A DNA stretch of 52,837 nucleotides from a virus (Duplodnaviria > Caudoviricetes), in IMG/VR virus record IMGVR_UViG_3300002053_000024, positions 1-52,837 of that record; one strand, given 5' to 3'. Shown in pieces: positions 7,012 through 16,017 of the stretch (within the stretch, counting starts at the first letter, position 1; each line of letters starts with the position of its first letter). A model generated the notes under the pieces. That model worked only from the letters and a program-made list of their open reading frames with translations, had not been told where the DNA came from and did not search any database. A program made the translations under genes and the position numbers.

Positions 7012-10000
7012 ATGGCACGCGACGTTGCAAAGATAGTAGAAAATACAGACGATTTCCTTAATCGGAATATCGACGGGCATCAACTACGTTTGCAAAAATC
7101 TATCGAAGACTTGGAAAAGCGTGTTATCAACCAAGTAAATTCGTTGCAAACAAACGCAGCGGGTAACTTGCTTGGGCCGAAGGTGAATTTAAAGCAGGCG
7201 CAGAAAGTACACAAGCAACTTACCGGGATTTTCGATAGTACTTATGGGGCAGGCGTGCGCGACGTTGTGGCAGGCTATGACGATGCCGCCGAACACGTTC
7301 TTACTTCGTATCGGGGTTTGGGCGTAGCTGCTAATTTCACCGGACAGGATAAAGCCCTTATCGATACATTGAAAGGAATTGACTTCGATAATTTTATGAA
7401 CTTGGGCCAAAGCGTAAACGAAGAAATCGTGCAGGCTATGTATAATGCCGTAGCAGGCGGGGCTTCGTTCGATTCGCTTTTAACGGCAGTAAAAGGAAAA
7501 CTAACCGGAAGCGTAGATGCCGCAGGCCGATCAATGGTTATCCATGCAAAGACATTAACCAACGATGCGTTAATGAATTTTCACAACCAAGTAAACCTTA
7601 ATCAAGCTAACGCCGCAGGCTTGAAGCATTTTCTTTACGTCGGCAACGTGATAGGAACCACGCGTGATTTTTGCGCCAAGCGCGCAGGCAAAGTATATTC
7701 GAAGAAAGTTATAGATAGTTGGAATTTCAATTGGCAGGGCAAAAGCGGGCCTGCGTTCACGCACCGGGGCGGTTATAATTGCCGCCACCATTGGCAGGGC
7801 GTAGACCCCGATTGGGTAGAAGGGGGTAGTATAGACGTACAGCGTTGGGAAGACTTGGACATAGAAGAACGCTACGATATTCTTCGCGGTGCGCTGTCCC
7901 CTTCCGAAAAGCTATTTAAGAAACGGTTGAATCAATTTCGCTACCATTTGAAAGTAAACAAATTCGGCGCGGACGGTGCGGGCTTCAACGTAGATGGTAA
8001 CATGGCGAAAATGTGGTATAACATTCCTGCCGCCGAACGCGCGAAGTTAATAGCAAGTTGGGAAAAGTCAAAGATCAATGTACCGGACGTGATAAAACAG
8101 AATTTAACGAAGCCGCTACCGCCTGCCGACTTTGTAGAAATACCGAAAAGCGTAGTTCCCGACAAACCCCCGATAAAACCGCCGCCCGCGCCGGTTGAAC
8201 CGCCGACGAAAGTAAAACCGCCCCCGATAGAAACGAATCCAGAGGAAATAATAGTAGCACCACCCGATCAACCCGCGCCTTCTAATGCAGGCGGGTATAA
8301 TTGGGGCGAATTAGACGAAAAGCAAAAGAAGTTAATGAACAATTTGCAATGGTACGTGAAAAGCGGGAAGAAGTTAGACCCCGACGGTGCTATGGTTTAT
8401 ACGTGGGATACGTTGAGCTATGAAACCCAACAAATGAAATTGAAGCAATGGACTTCGAAAGGTTTTACTATCCCGCCCGAACTGGTAATAAAAGGCGACA
8501 GCCTTACCGAAATTAATATTATTCAACAGGCAGCAGATATAGCAGATCAACCGTCCCCGAAGCCTTGGGCTTATAAATCCCTTGACGATGCGGTAGAACA
8601 AGTTAAAAAGGAATTCAAATTTAAAGACGGGGTGGATTTCGACGGGTTCGATACGGACGCGGATAAACTACTTCTTCTAAATGACTACGGCGCACATATG
8701 AACAATGTTTTACAAAGTAACCCGAAACTGCAAAGCATTGTAAACGATTGGGGGCATGGAACCAAGCTATCTTTTGCAAACCGTAGTACTTTAGGTGGCG
8801 GTACGTTGGGGGTTTACAGCGATACCGAATTTACTTTGAAGTTAGCAGCTAAACGCGCAATGAAAAACAACGCTGCGTTTGGTAAAAATGCTTTTACGGT
8901 GGGCGACGATTTCTTTACCGTGTCCCGGCACGAATTCGGACATTACGTAGACGAAACTATTCGAACATACCAAGGGCCGTGGCAGCAGGGGGGAACGAAA
9001 GGACTTGGGTTCAATCACCAAACCGAATGGCGCAAGGTTTTTCAATCTTATAGTAAAGAAGATTGGGCCAAAATGTTTGGAAAGTATTCTTCGGACAATA
9101 AATACGAAGGTTTTGCAGAAGTCTTCGCGCTTTACACTTCGTCTGAATATAAAGCCGGTACAATGCCATATAAGATCGAAGAATATATGCACCGGTTGTT
9201 AGGCGGGCCATTAGCAGAAGCGAATCCATCAACAGTAGTAAAACCAATAAAGAAGCCTAAAGTCACAAAGTCGGCAATACCGGCAAAGCTGCAAACTGCT
9301 TTTAAGAATCCCGAACACCAAGAAATGTTTAATCAAATGTTTACGGAATACCGGGAAAAGAAGCTAACTGTAGCGGAAATAAAAAACGAAATACGCGCAC
9401 GTTGTCCTAATGTCAGAACGGCATTAAATGATTGGCAGGGTAGTACGCAAACCCCGCGTGCTTCGGCGTTGAAGTTGAAAGCTGAATTGTTAGAAAATCG
9501 TAACGACATTAAATTTTTCGCCCGTAAGGGCAATACGCTTCAAATGAGTAAGATTCAGAGAATAGCAAACGAAATGCCCGACGAAGAATATTTGCGTATT
9601 CGTGCTATTGTCCAAGAATACTACGACCGCAAGAAAACAAAAACGGTTCCGCTTTATCGCGGAACAGACGGTAGAAATTCGGGGCCAGAATTTAGGCGAC
9701 GGATTAATGATGCTAAAGCTAGCATCCCCGAAGAAAATTGGAATACTGCCGAAGTACAGATAGAAGAACCAAGTTTGACGGGTTGGAGTTCTAGCGAAGC
9801 AATAGCAGACCGTTTCGGCGTGCGTTCGGGCGGCGTTACTGCTAGCGTGGATATTCCAACGGAAGAAATATTTATTCCCGATACCCTTTGGCCTAAAGTA
9901 AGCTATTCAACAGAAAAAGAATTTGTTGTTTTTAGCAAGTTTGAAGCGAAGTATAAATTATCCGAATTCAGAAGCGGTTATAAACCAACTATAGCAAAAG

Positions 10001-10395
10001 CGGCAAATGCGGAAGCATTGGCGCAAACTTCGTTGACCTTTTCTAAAGCGGTAGAATATCAGATACCCGATTTTTCATTGGTAATAGAATCCGAATTGCA
10101 AATGAAAGAAGCTATTTCTACTTACGTTGCGAAGCAGGCCGTAGCAACAGTAAATCAAACGGGCAAATTGTCTTCCGGTAACTGGAAAGCTTTGCTATCA
10201 AAGAAGATAAAAGGTGTAAAAGACGCAATAGCAAACGACGAAACCGTTAAAATATTTAATTCTAGCATAGGTTCGGATAAGAAGGAAAAGTTTTTAGAGC
10301 TATTGGAAGAAGCTTACAAGACCGTAGATTTATCGGGCGATAAGACCGGTGGCGAAATGAAGCTATTAAATATAATCATGGAAAGCTTGACATAA
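7012..10395 (+). CDS. MuF-family minor head protein with C-terminal metallopeptidase and ADP-ribosyltransferase-like domains
   Basis: MuF motif TTRDFC..HRGGYNCRHHW; Pro-rich linker; zincin HEFGH plus EGFAEVF; ART R-S-E-like pattern LYRGT..SLTGWSSS..TEKEFVV. Confidence 0.8.
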   Translation: MARDVAKIVENTDDFLNRNIDGHQLRLQKSIEDLEKRVINQVNSLQTNAAGNLLGPKVNLKQAQKVHKQLTGIFDSTYGAGVRDVVAGYDDAAEHVLTSYRGLGVAANFTGQDKALIDTLKGIDFDNFMNLGQSVNEEIVQAMYNAVAGGASFDSLLTAVKGKLTGSVDAAGRSMVIHAKTLTNDALMNFHNQVNLNQANAAGLKHFLYVGNVIGTTRDFCAKRAGKVYSKKVIDSWNFNWQGKSGPAFTHRGGYNCRHHWQGVDPDWVEGGSIDVQRWEDLDIEERYDILRGALSPSEKLFKKRLNQFRYHLKVNKFGADGAGFNVDGNMAKMWYNIPAAERAKLIASWEKSKINVPDVIKQNLTKPLPPADFVEIPKSVVPDKPPIKPPPAPVEPPTKVKPPPIETNPEEIIVAPPDQPAPSNAGGYNWGELDEKQKKLMNNLQWYVKSGKKLDPDGAMVYTWDTLSYETQQMKLKQWTSKGFTIPPELVIKGDSLTEINIIQQAADIADQPSPKPWAYKSLDDAVEQVKKEFKFKDGVDFDGFDTDADKLLLLNDYGAHMNNVLQSNPKLQSIVNDWGHGTKLSFANRSTLGGGTLGVYSDTEFTLKLAAKRAMKNNAAFGKNAFTVGDDFFTVSRHEFGHYVDETIRTYQGPWQQGGTKGLGFNHQTEWRKVFQSYSKEDWAKMFGKYSSDNKYEGFAEVFALYTSSEYKAGTMPYKIEEYMHRLLGGPLAEANPSTVVKPIKKPKVTKSAIPAKLQTAFKNPEHQEMFNQMFTEYREKKLTVAEIKNEIRARCPNVRTALNDWQGSTQTPRASALKLKAELLENRNDIKFFARKGNTLQMSKIQRIANEMPDEEYLRIRAIVQEYYDRKKTKTVPLYRGTDGRNSGPEFRRRINDAKASIPEENWNTAEVQIEEPSLTGWSSSEAIADRFGVRSGGVTASVDIPTEEIFIPDTLWPKVSYSTEKEFVVFSKFEAKYKLSEFRSGYKPTIAKAANAEALAQTSLTFSKAVEYQIPDFSLVIESELQMKEAISTYVAKQAVATVNQTGKLSSGNWKALLSKKIKGVKDAIANDETVKIFNSSIGSDKKEKFLELLEEAYKTVDLSGDKTGGEMKLLNIIMESLT

Positions 10396-10604
10396 TGGCA
10401 AAAGACTTATTTGGAGAAGAAATCGAGTTAAAACCGGTCGGCGTAGTAGTAGAATATTCCATGAACGCGCAGGACGCCGATTGGTTAATGGCAGTACAGT
10501 TGGATAAAGTAGCGAAGAATAGCAAAAAGCGTTTTAAGGACGAAGCCCAACGCCGATTGGACGCAATGGAAGAAGACCCAATGATTCGACCGGAAGGAAT
10601 GTAG
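10395..10604 (+). CDS. Hypothetical protein (69 aa), translationally coupled to MuF
   Basis: TAATG stop/start overlap. Confidence 0.6.
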   Translation: MAKDLFGEEIELKPVGVVVEYSMNAQDADWLMAVQLDKVAKNSKKRFKDEAQRRLDAMEEDPMIRPEGM

Positions 10605-10823
10605 ATGCTAACACCGCCGCAATGCTATTTACGCAGATGCAAACATTACCAAGGCGTGCGCCACTTGCGCGAAGCCGACGAATCGACCGAAGTAAACTAT
10701 TGTCCCGCGTTCCCCGAAGGAATACCGAACGATATAGCGTATGGTGCTAACTTACATACGGAACCGCACGCGGATCAAACGGTAGTAGAAGGGGAACCGG
10801 TTATTTTGTTCGAACCCGAATAA
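10605..10823 (+). CDS. Small Cys/His metal-binding protein of the CxAFPxGIP type seen next to MuF genes
   Basis: QC..RCKH..YCPAFPEGIP..H..P..FEP motif. Confidence 0.7.
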   Translation: MLTPPQCYLRRCKHYQGVRHLREADESTEVNYCPAFPEGIPNDIAYGANLHTEPHADQTVVEGEPVILFEPE

Positions 10824-10828
10824 TTTTC

Positions 10829-10857
10829 TTGCAAGGTTCTAAAAAACAAGGTAGAAA
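10829..10857 (+). promoter_or_regulatory. Possible sigma70-type promoter TTGCAA-N17-TAGAAA for the scaffold/capsid operon
   Basis: Lies in the largest intergenic gap of the head region; the -10 match is imperfect. Confidence 0.3.
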
Positions 10858-10911
10858 AAAGTACTATGAAGTCCGAAAATGACATAAAACTAATTAGCAG
10901 TTTGGCAAAGG

Positions 10912-10972
10912 GCTATCGGATGATAGCAACTTCTTCTTTTAACGTACCGGATGGTACAAGGGGGTGGATACC
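10912..10972 (+). promoter_or_regulatory. Three GGAU-loop hairpins in the scaffold leader
   Basis: GCTATC-GGAT-GATAGC (10912-10927), GTACC-GGAT-GGTAC (10944-10957), GGT-GGAT-ACC overlapping the RBS (10963-10972). Confidence 0.6.
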
Positions 10973-11836
10973 ATGCAAAAGCTAAAGTTGGATGAAAACG
11001 GAGTAGTAGTAGTACAAGACGGAAAGCCGATCTACTTGGACGCGGACGGAAAGGAATTAGCCGCCGACGTTCCCGCAATGTATCAGAAGATCATTGATTT
11101 GGGAAAAGAAGCTAAGAAGCACCGCGAATCGTCGGAAACATTCGCGGAAACTTTGAAGCTATTCGACGGAATCGAAGACCTTCCCGCATGGAAAGAAGAA
11201 GCCGTAAAAGCGATTGAAACCGTCGCCAATCTGAACGACAAGGATTGGATGAAAGCCGAAAAGGTCGAATCGCTTAAACGTCAAATGAAGGAAGCGCACG
11301 AACAGGAAGTAGTAAATCTGAAAGCTTCCTACGACAACAAAGGCAAGGAACAGGAAGCTATCATTTCGAAGCAGAAAGGGCAGATTCGGCAACTTCTGGT
11401 ATCTGCTAAGTTTGCTTCTTCCCCGCTTTTTTCGGGTGACAGCCCGAAAACCACGCTATCGCCCGATATCGCCGAAAGCTTCTTTGGAAAGAACTTTTCG
11501 GTAGAAGAAATCGACGGGGAACTGGTAGTACGCGCTTACTACAATAACGGCGACTTGATTTATTCCCGCGAAAACCCCGGCGAACCCGCTTCTTTCGAAG
11601 AAGGGATTATGGAAGTATTCGAAAAATATCCCGGCAAGGACAAGTATTTGAAGTCCGCGCAATCTTCGGGAAGTGGGGCAGGCGGCGGAACCAGAACCGG
11701 CGAACCGGAAACCGACATTCAAAAACTCGAAAAGCAGTACAAGGAAGCTATCGATAAAAAGCAGACCGGTTTAGCTATCACTATCAAAAACCGCTTGCAC
11801 GAAGCACGAATGAAAGCAAGGGGCAGGGCAGCTTAG
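10973..11836 (+). CDS. Capsid scaffolding protein
   Basis: Directly upstream of the capsid gene; coiled coil, SGSGAGGG linker, C-terminal helix; ATG 10973 follows the GGGGGT RBS. Confidence 0.8.
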   Translation: MQKLKLDENGVVVVQDGKPIYLDADGKELAADVPAMYQKIIDLGKEAKKHRESSETFAETLKLFDGIEDLPAWKEEAVKAIETVANLNDKDWMKAEKVESLKRQMKEAHEQEVVNLKASYDNKGKEQEAIISKQKGQIRQLLVSAKFASSPLFSGDSPKTTLSPDIAESFFGKNFSVEEIDGELVVRAYYNNGDLIYSRENPGEPASFEEGIMEVFEKYPGKDKYLKSAQSSGSGAGGGTRTGEPETDIQKLEKQYKEAIDKKQTGLAITIKNRLHEARMKARGRAA

Positions 11837-11898
11837 CTTTTCTGCGTTGCGGTCGCTTCCAAAATACTTTACTATCATTTAGAGAAAGGACTTAAACA

Positions 11899-12861
11899 AT
11901 GGGTAACGTATCCGCAGCCGCAACAGTATGGAATTGCCCGAACTATACCGGCGAACTGTTTTTGATCGGGGCGAACAAGACCCCGTTCCTTAACATGATC
12001 GGCGGTTTGCAGGGCAATGCTATTCGTACGGTTAAAGACTTCCAATTTCCCTTGGCGCAGCCTTGGGCGTTGGAAGCAGTTTCGCAACCGGCGATTTCCG
12101 AAACCGCTTCACTAACCGCGCCGACACCGGTTACATATGTCCGCGCGCAGGACGTGAACACCTGTCAAATCTACCAACGCAAAGTTTCCGTATCCTACGC
12201 GAAGCAAAGCGTTACCGGTCAAGTGACCGCCGACCCGACAACGGGGTTGATTGACATTTCCGACGTTCAGCCCGTCCAGAACGAAAGGGATTTTCAAATC
12301 AACGCCCATATGCGCCAACTGTCAATGAACATTGACTACACCTTTCTTAACGGCGCATATCAGCAGGCGACGGATGCCGCAACCGCAGCGAAAACGCGCG
12401 GCATTATCACCGGTTGTACTTCCAATACCGTCGATGCCGGGACCGCTGCACTCGACAAAGACCTTATCGACCAACTGCTACGCACAATGGCGACGACCGG
12501 CGCGGAGTTTATGAACCCGGTTATCTTCTGCGGTGCTTTCCAGAAGCAAAAGCTTTCCAATATCTACGGATATGCACCGGAAGACCGCAACGTGGGCGGT
12601 GTCAATATCAAGCAAATCGAAACGGACTTCGCGGTACTCGGTATCGTTTGGGCACCGAATGTTCCTGCCGCGACTTTGCTTGTCGCCGATGTAGCATTTT
12701 GTTCGCCGGTCTTTCTGCCCGTACCGGAAAAGGGCGTTCTGTTCTACGAAGAACTTTCCAAAACCGGTGCTTCGGAAGAAGGGCAGATTTACGGACAGGT
12801 CGGCCTTGACTATGGCCCGGAAGAAATGCATGGTACAATCACGAACCTTGCAACTTCCTAA
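11899..12861 (+). CDS. Major capsid protein (HK97 fold, DUF5309/SU10-like)
   Basis: TPFLNMIGG, NTCQIYQRKVSVSY, TRGII, LSKTGASEEGQIYGQVGLDYGPE..HG motifs; strongly biased codons. Confidence 0.9.
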   Translation: MGNVSAAATVWNCPNYTGELFLIGANKTPFLNMIGGLQGNAIRTVKDFQFPLAQPWALEAVSQPAISETASLTAPTPVTYVRAQDVNTCQIYQRKVSVSYAKQSVTGQVTADPTTGLIDISDVQPVQNERDFQINAHMRQLSMNIDYTFLNGAYQQATDAATAAKTRGIITGCTSNTVDAGTAALDKDLIDQLLRTMATTGAEFMNPVIFCGAFQKQKLSNIYGYAPEDRNVGGVNIKQIETDFAVLGIVWAPNVPAATLLVADVAFCSPVFLPVPEKGVLFYEELSKTGASEEGQIYGQVGLDYGPEEMHGTITNLATS

Positions 12862-12926
12862 CAAGCCGGTCGGCAAATAGTAAAAAGTACTTCGACCGAT
12901 TAACAAAACCAAGTTAGGGGGTAACA

Positions 12927-13085
12927 ATGGCAAGCAAAAAGAACGCGGAACGTCGTCGTCGCCTTGCGAACAATCCAAGCGTTCATCCCGAAATGCGTTG
13001 GCTTGTAGGACAGCTAAACGCAAGCGGAGTTTTCGGGACGACAACCACGACGACAAGTACTACCAGTACGACGACCACAACGTAA
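12927..13085 (+). CDS. Unannotated 52-aa protein with a poly-Thr C-tail, probably a capsid decoration protein
   Basis: GGGGGTAACAATG start; MASKKNAERRRRLANNPSVHPEMRWLVGQLNASGVFGTTTTTTSTTSTTTTT*. Confidence 0.75.
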   Translation: MASKKNAERRRRLANNPSVHPEMRWLVGQLNASGVFGTTTTTTSTTSTTTTT

Positions 13086-13129
13086 GCGGTCGTTCTTTGA
13101 CATACACCTTTTAACAGGGGGATTTTGCT

Positions 13130-13489
13130 ATGCGTTTTTATCAAGGCGGGCGACCCGCCGTAATTTGGAATCCTTCGACGAAACGACCCTTAGCAGAATT
13201 TGTAAAGGGCGTATTCGAAACGGAAGACCAAGCGATAATCAAAGTCCTAAAAGAAAAAGGGTACATGACGCAGCAGCAGCAGGAAGAACTTGTCAATATG
13301 CAACGGCAAAGCGGCTTTCAGCAGCAGGGTTACGCTGCCGCTACTCAAAATTTAGCGGCAGGCGGACAACAGATAACGCCAAACAGACAAGTTGGGCCTG
13401 CAACCGAAGAAGAAGCAATAGCTTCCGAAACGGAAGAAGCGTCGCCGAAACAATCAAGGGCTTTGAAGCGACCGCGAAAGAAGCGGTAG
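13130..13489 (+). CDS. Hypothetical head-region protein
   Basis: AEFVKGVFETED domain, Q-rich linker, basic C-terminus; lies between capsid and adaptor genes. Confidence 0.65.
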   Translation: MRFYQGGRPAVIWNPSTKRPLAEFVKGVFETEDQAIIKVLKEKGYMTQQQQEELVNMQRQSGFQQQGYAAATQNLAAGGQQITPNRQVGPATEEEAIASETEEASPKQSRALKRPRKKR

Positions 13490-13513
13490 TAAAGTCTTCC
13501 AAAGGAAATCGTT

Positions 13514-13960
13514 ATGCCCGACGTGGTGAAGGACAGACACTTGCGCCAAGTGCGCCCCGATATCTTCGAATTCGGACAGACAAATTTCAAAGCACAAATG
13601 GACGAAGCCGAAGACATAGTAAATAGGGCGTTGGATGCGCGTTGGTATCGGCGCGTCGCGCAAGACAATGGGCTTGACTACCAAACGACGCCCTTCGAAC
13701 CTGCGAAAATGCTAAATGCAGATTCGCAGTTATGGCGCGTCTATACCTATAAGTCGCTTGAACTGATATACTTGTTCCTAATGAAGAATACACCTAACGG
13801 CGACGCGTTCGACCGCCAAAGAAAGATATTCGCCGAACTCTACAAGGAAGAACTTAGCGAAATACTAACGGCGGGTATCGATTACGACTTCGGTGGCGAC
13901 GATTCGATAGGGGCAGGCGAAAATTTAGTTCCTTCGGTTCGGCGACTTGTACGGGTGTAG
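13514..13960 (+). CDS. Head-tail adaptor (connector) protein
   Basis: Position, size and helical pattern (EAEDIVNRAL..YKEEL..YDFGGD). Confidence 0.6.
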   Translation: MPDVVKDRHLRQVRPDIFEFGQTNFKAQMDEAEDIVNRALDARWYRRVAQDNGLDYQTTPFEPAKMLNADSQLWRVYTYKSLELIYLFLMKNTPNGDAFDRQRKIFAELYKEELSEILTAGIDYDFGGDDSIGAGENLVPSVRRLVRV

Positions 13961-13963
13961 TAT

Positions 13964-14446
13964 ATGCCTGCGCCAAATCCAGAATTACGGGTGGAAGGCG
14001 GGCAACGCCTAGTTCGTTTCTTGAATATCGTTACGGACGAAATGGTTAGCCCGCGTTTCCTAAACCGTATAGGAAACTTCGTTAGGACGCGGATTAAAAG
14101 CCGCACCCTAGTAGGCGTTGATGCAGACGGACACGCGTTCAAGCCCTATTCACCGTCTTATAAGCTATTCCGTATAAAGCATAGACGACCGGCGAATAAA
14201 GTCGATTTGTTCTATTCGGGATCGATGCTAAATGCTATCGATTACCAAGTAAGACCAAGGGAAGTACGAATTTTTATTCGTCCCGGTACGGATAGCAAAG
14301 GCACGTCCAACCCCGCCAAGGCATATTACATTCAAAACAAACAGAAGCGGAAATTCTTCGCTGTAAGCGCGGCAGACGAACTAAAGATTCGTGCAATGTT
14401 CGAAGAACGCGTAAAAGGAATTATCGACCGTGGCGGACGACAGTAA
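13964..14446 (+). CDS. Virion morphogenesis / tail completion protein (Mu gpG-like)
   Basis: G..FKPYSPSY..K..VDLFYSGSMLNAI..KAYY..RKFF motif. Confidence 0.7.
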   Translation: MPAPNPELRVEGGQRLVRFLNIVTDEMVSPRFLNRIGNFVRTRIKSRTLVGVDADGHAFKPYSPSYKLFRIKHRRPANKVDLFYSGSMLNAIDYQVRPREVRIFIRPGTDSKGTSNPAKAYYIQNKQKRKFFAVSAADELKIRAMFEERVKGIIDRGGRQ

Positions 14447-14900
14447 AAGGGAACGGATCATTAAGCGGGTAGAAGAACTTGTTCAATCCGTCGAAATGAT
14501 TAAGACGGTTAAGCGTATCATGCCTTCGCTAGAAGACTTGGAGAATTACGCGAATACTCAACTACCCCTTGCCGCTATCGTAGGTCAACTTCCAGTACCG
14601 CAGGCAAAAGTAAAAGGGCGCGGGCCGGGGGCTACGCGGGATTACTTTCGCAGTATGCTTCGGGTGAACGTCTATGTTTACTTCATGGACAACGAAGCCC
14701 CCGACGCAACCCTTTCGTTTTTACTAGACGAACTTTGGCGAATACTATATGCAGACCAACAGCTACAAAGCGAACAAGCTACCGGACTTGCATATGGAAT
14801 CGAACTGCGACCAGAAATGGAACCGGAAGTTTACTATCCCTATTACGCTTTTCTACTGTCCGTCGATGTAACTTACTTTCACCAAATAGAAGGGATATAA
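14430..14900 (+). CDS. Tail terminator-like protein
   Basis: Position directly before the tail tube; KRERII N-terminus and alpha/beta pattern. Confidence 0.6.
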   Translation: MADDSKRERIIKRVEELVQSVEMIKTVKRIMPSLEDLENYANTQLPLAAIVGQLPVPQAKVKGRGPGATRDYFRSMLRVNVYVYFMDNEAPDATLSFLLDELWRILYADQQLQSEQATGLAYGIELRPEMEPEVYYPYYAFLLSVDVTYFHQIEGI

Positions 14901-14903
14901 GAA

Positions 14904-15449
14904 ATGCCTACACCGCCAAGTACAGACAACTACGTTATCGGCAAAGGCGTTATGTCCATTGCCGAATGGTCGGGCGGCGCACCGGGGGCGTATATCGATA
15001 TGGGTAACTGCCCTGTAGTAGACTTGGAACCGACAGTAGAACGGTTAGATCACTTTTCTTCGCGCGCGGAACTTCGCGAAAAAGACAAAAGCATTATAGT
15101 CGAAGTCGGCTACAATTTGACTTTCGATTGCGACGAAATCGCGGCGCGAAATCTGAAACGTTTTCTACTCGGCGACATTACGGGCGGTAACATTGTTTAC
15201 GCAATGCAGAACCCGAACCAAGAATACGCCTTGAAGTTCGTTACCGATAATCCGGTTGGGCCGAACTACACTTGGGAATTTTGGAAAGCTACTCTTGCCC
15301 CCAATGGCCCTATGTCGTTGATCGGGGAAGAATGGATGGTTATGTCATTCCTAGCCGAAGGACTCGCAGACCGCGCGAATCATCCCGAAAGTCCGTTTAT
15401 AACGGTGACAGGAATTACTACCACAACCACTTCTACCACGACAACCTAA
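14904..15449 (+). CDS. Tail tube protein with poly-Thr C-tail
   Basis: NYVIGKG..DMGNC..HFSSR..DNPVGPN..L.P.G..SLIGEEW motifs; ends ITVTGITTTTTSTTTT. Confidence 0.85.
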   Translation: MPTPPSTDNYVIGKGVMSIAEWSGGAPGAYIDMGNCPVVDLEPTVERLDHFSSRAELREKDKSIIVEVGYNLTFDCDEIAARNLKRFLLGDITGGNIVYAMQNPNQEYALKFVTDNPVGPNYTWEFWKATLAPNGPMSLIGEEWMVMSFLAEGLADRANHPESPFITVTGITTTTTSTTTT

Positions 15450-15480
15450 CCAACGGACGTAAAGCAAAGGAAGCGGCGTA

Positions 15481-15834
15481 ATGAGAAATAGGGAAATCGT
15501 AAAAATCGACGAAGAAGAATTTTCTATCAAGGAACTAACGGTTAAAGAAATTATCGACCTGTATAACGGTATCCTTGAAGAAGACTTGTCGGCAGAAAAC
15601 TTCAAAACACAAATTCCAGAAGTTTTGAAATTGGTCTGTCCCGAATTGACATTGGAAAGGCTACAATCGTTTACACCTTCTGCAATAATGAAACTTTGGC
15701 AAGGATTTACTACTGCGAATTCATCTTTTTTCGACATAGCGCGAACCTTCGGAATCCAACAGTTAGCAGAAGAAGTTCGCGCCAACGTGGTAGAAATTCT
15801 TCGGGGGGAATTTTCAAAGCGTGTTGCAGATTAA
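15481..15834 (+). CDS. Tail assembly chaperone (G-like)
   Basis: Between tube and tape measure; IKELTVKEI and ANSSFF motifs. Confidence 0.8.
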   Translation: MRNREIVKIDEEEFSIKELTVKEIIDLYNGILEEDLSAENFKTQIPEVLKLVCPELTLERLQSFTPSAIMKLWQGFTTANSSFFDIARTFGIQQLAEEVRANVVEILRGEFSKRVAD

Positions 15835-16007
15835 TCGAAGCGGGGCATACCAACGTTCTGAATTATGGTTTTTCCTATTTCCTTACTGCCGTAGAAGTCC
15901 ATGCCGAAATTGTTTTAGACGATCTTAAAAGTACTGCGTTAGCAACGCGTATCGCCTTCGGCTCGGACAAAAAAGAATTCCGACGCTTTATGAAGTTGAA
16001 ATCGTAG
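15803..16007 (+). CDS. Tail assembly chaperone GT extension, reached by a -1 frameshift
   Basis: The -1 frame overlapping the chaperone end (CRLIEAGHTNVLNYGFSYF...) has no start/RBS of its own; G6 run at 15803-15808. Confidence 0.65.
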
Positions 16008-16017
16008 GGGGTACGGG

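Noticed and set aside
10866-10985. 39-codon ORF across the scaffold leader (possible leader peptide)
   Set aside because: No SD motif; the region is better explained as promoter plus structured leader
12867-12898. Interrupted hairpin CGGTCG..AGTA/TACT..CGACCG after the capsid gene
   Set aside because: Weak, with a large internal loop and no U-tract; cannot be called a terminator or ncRNA
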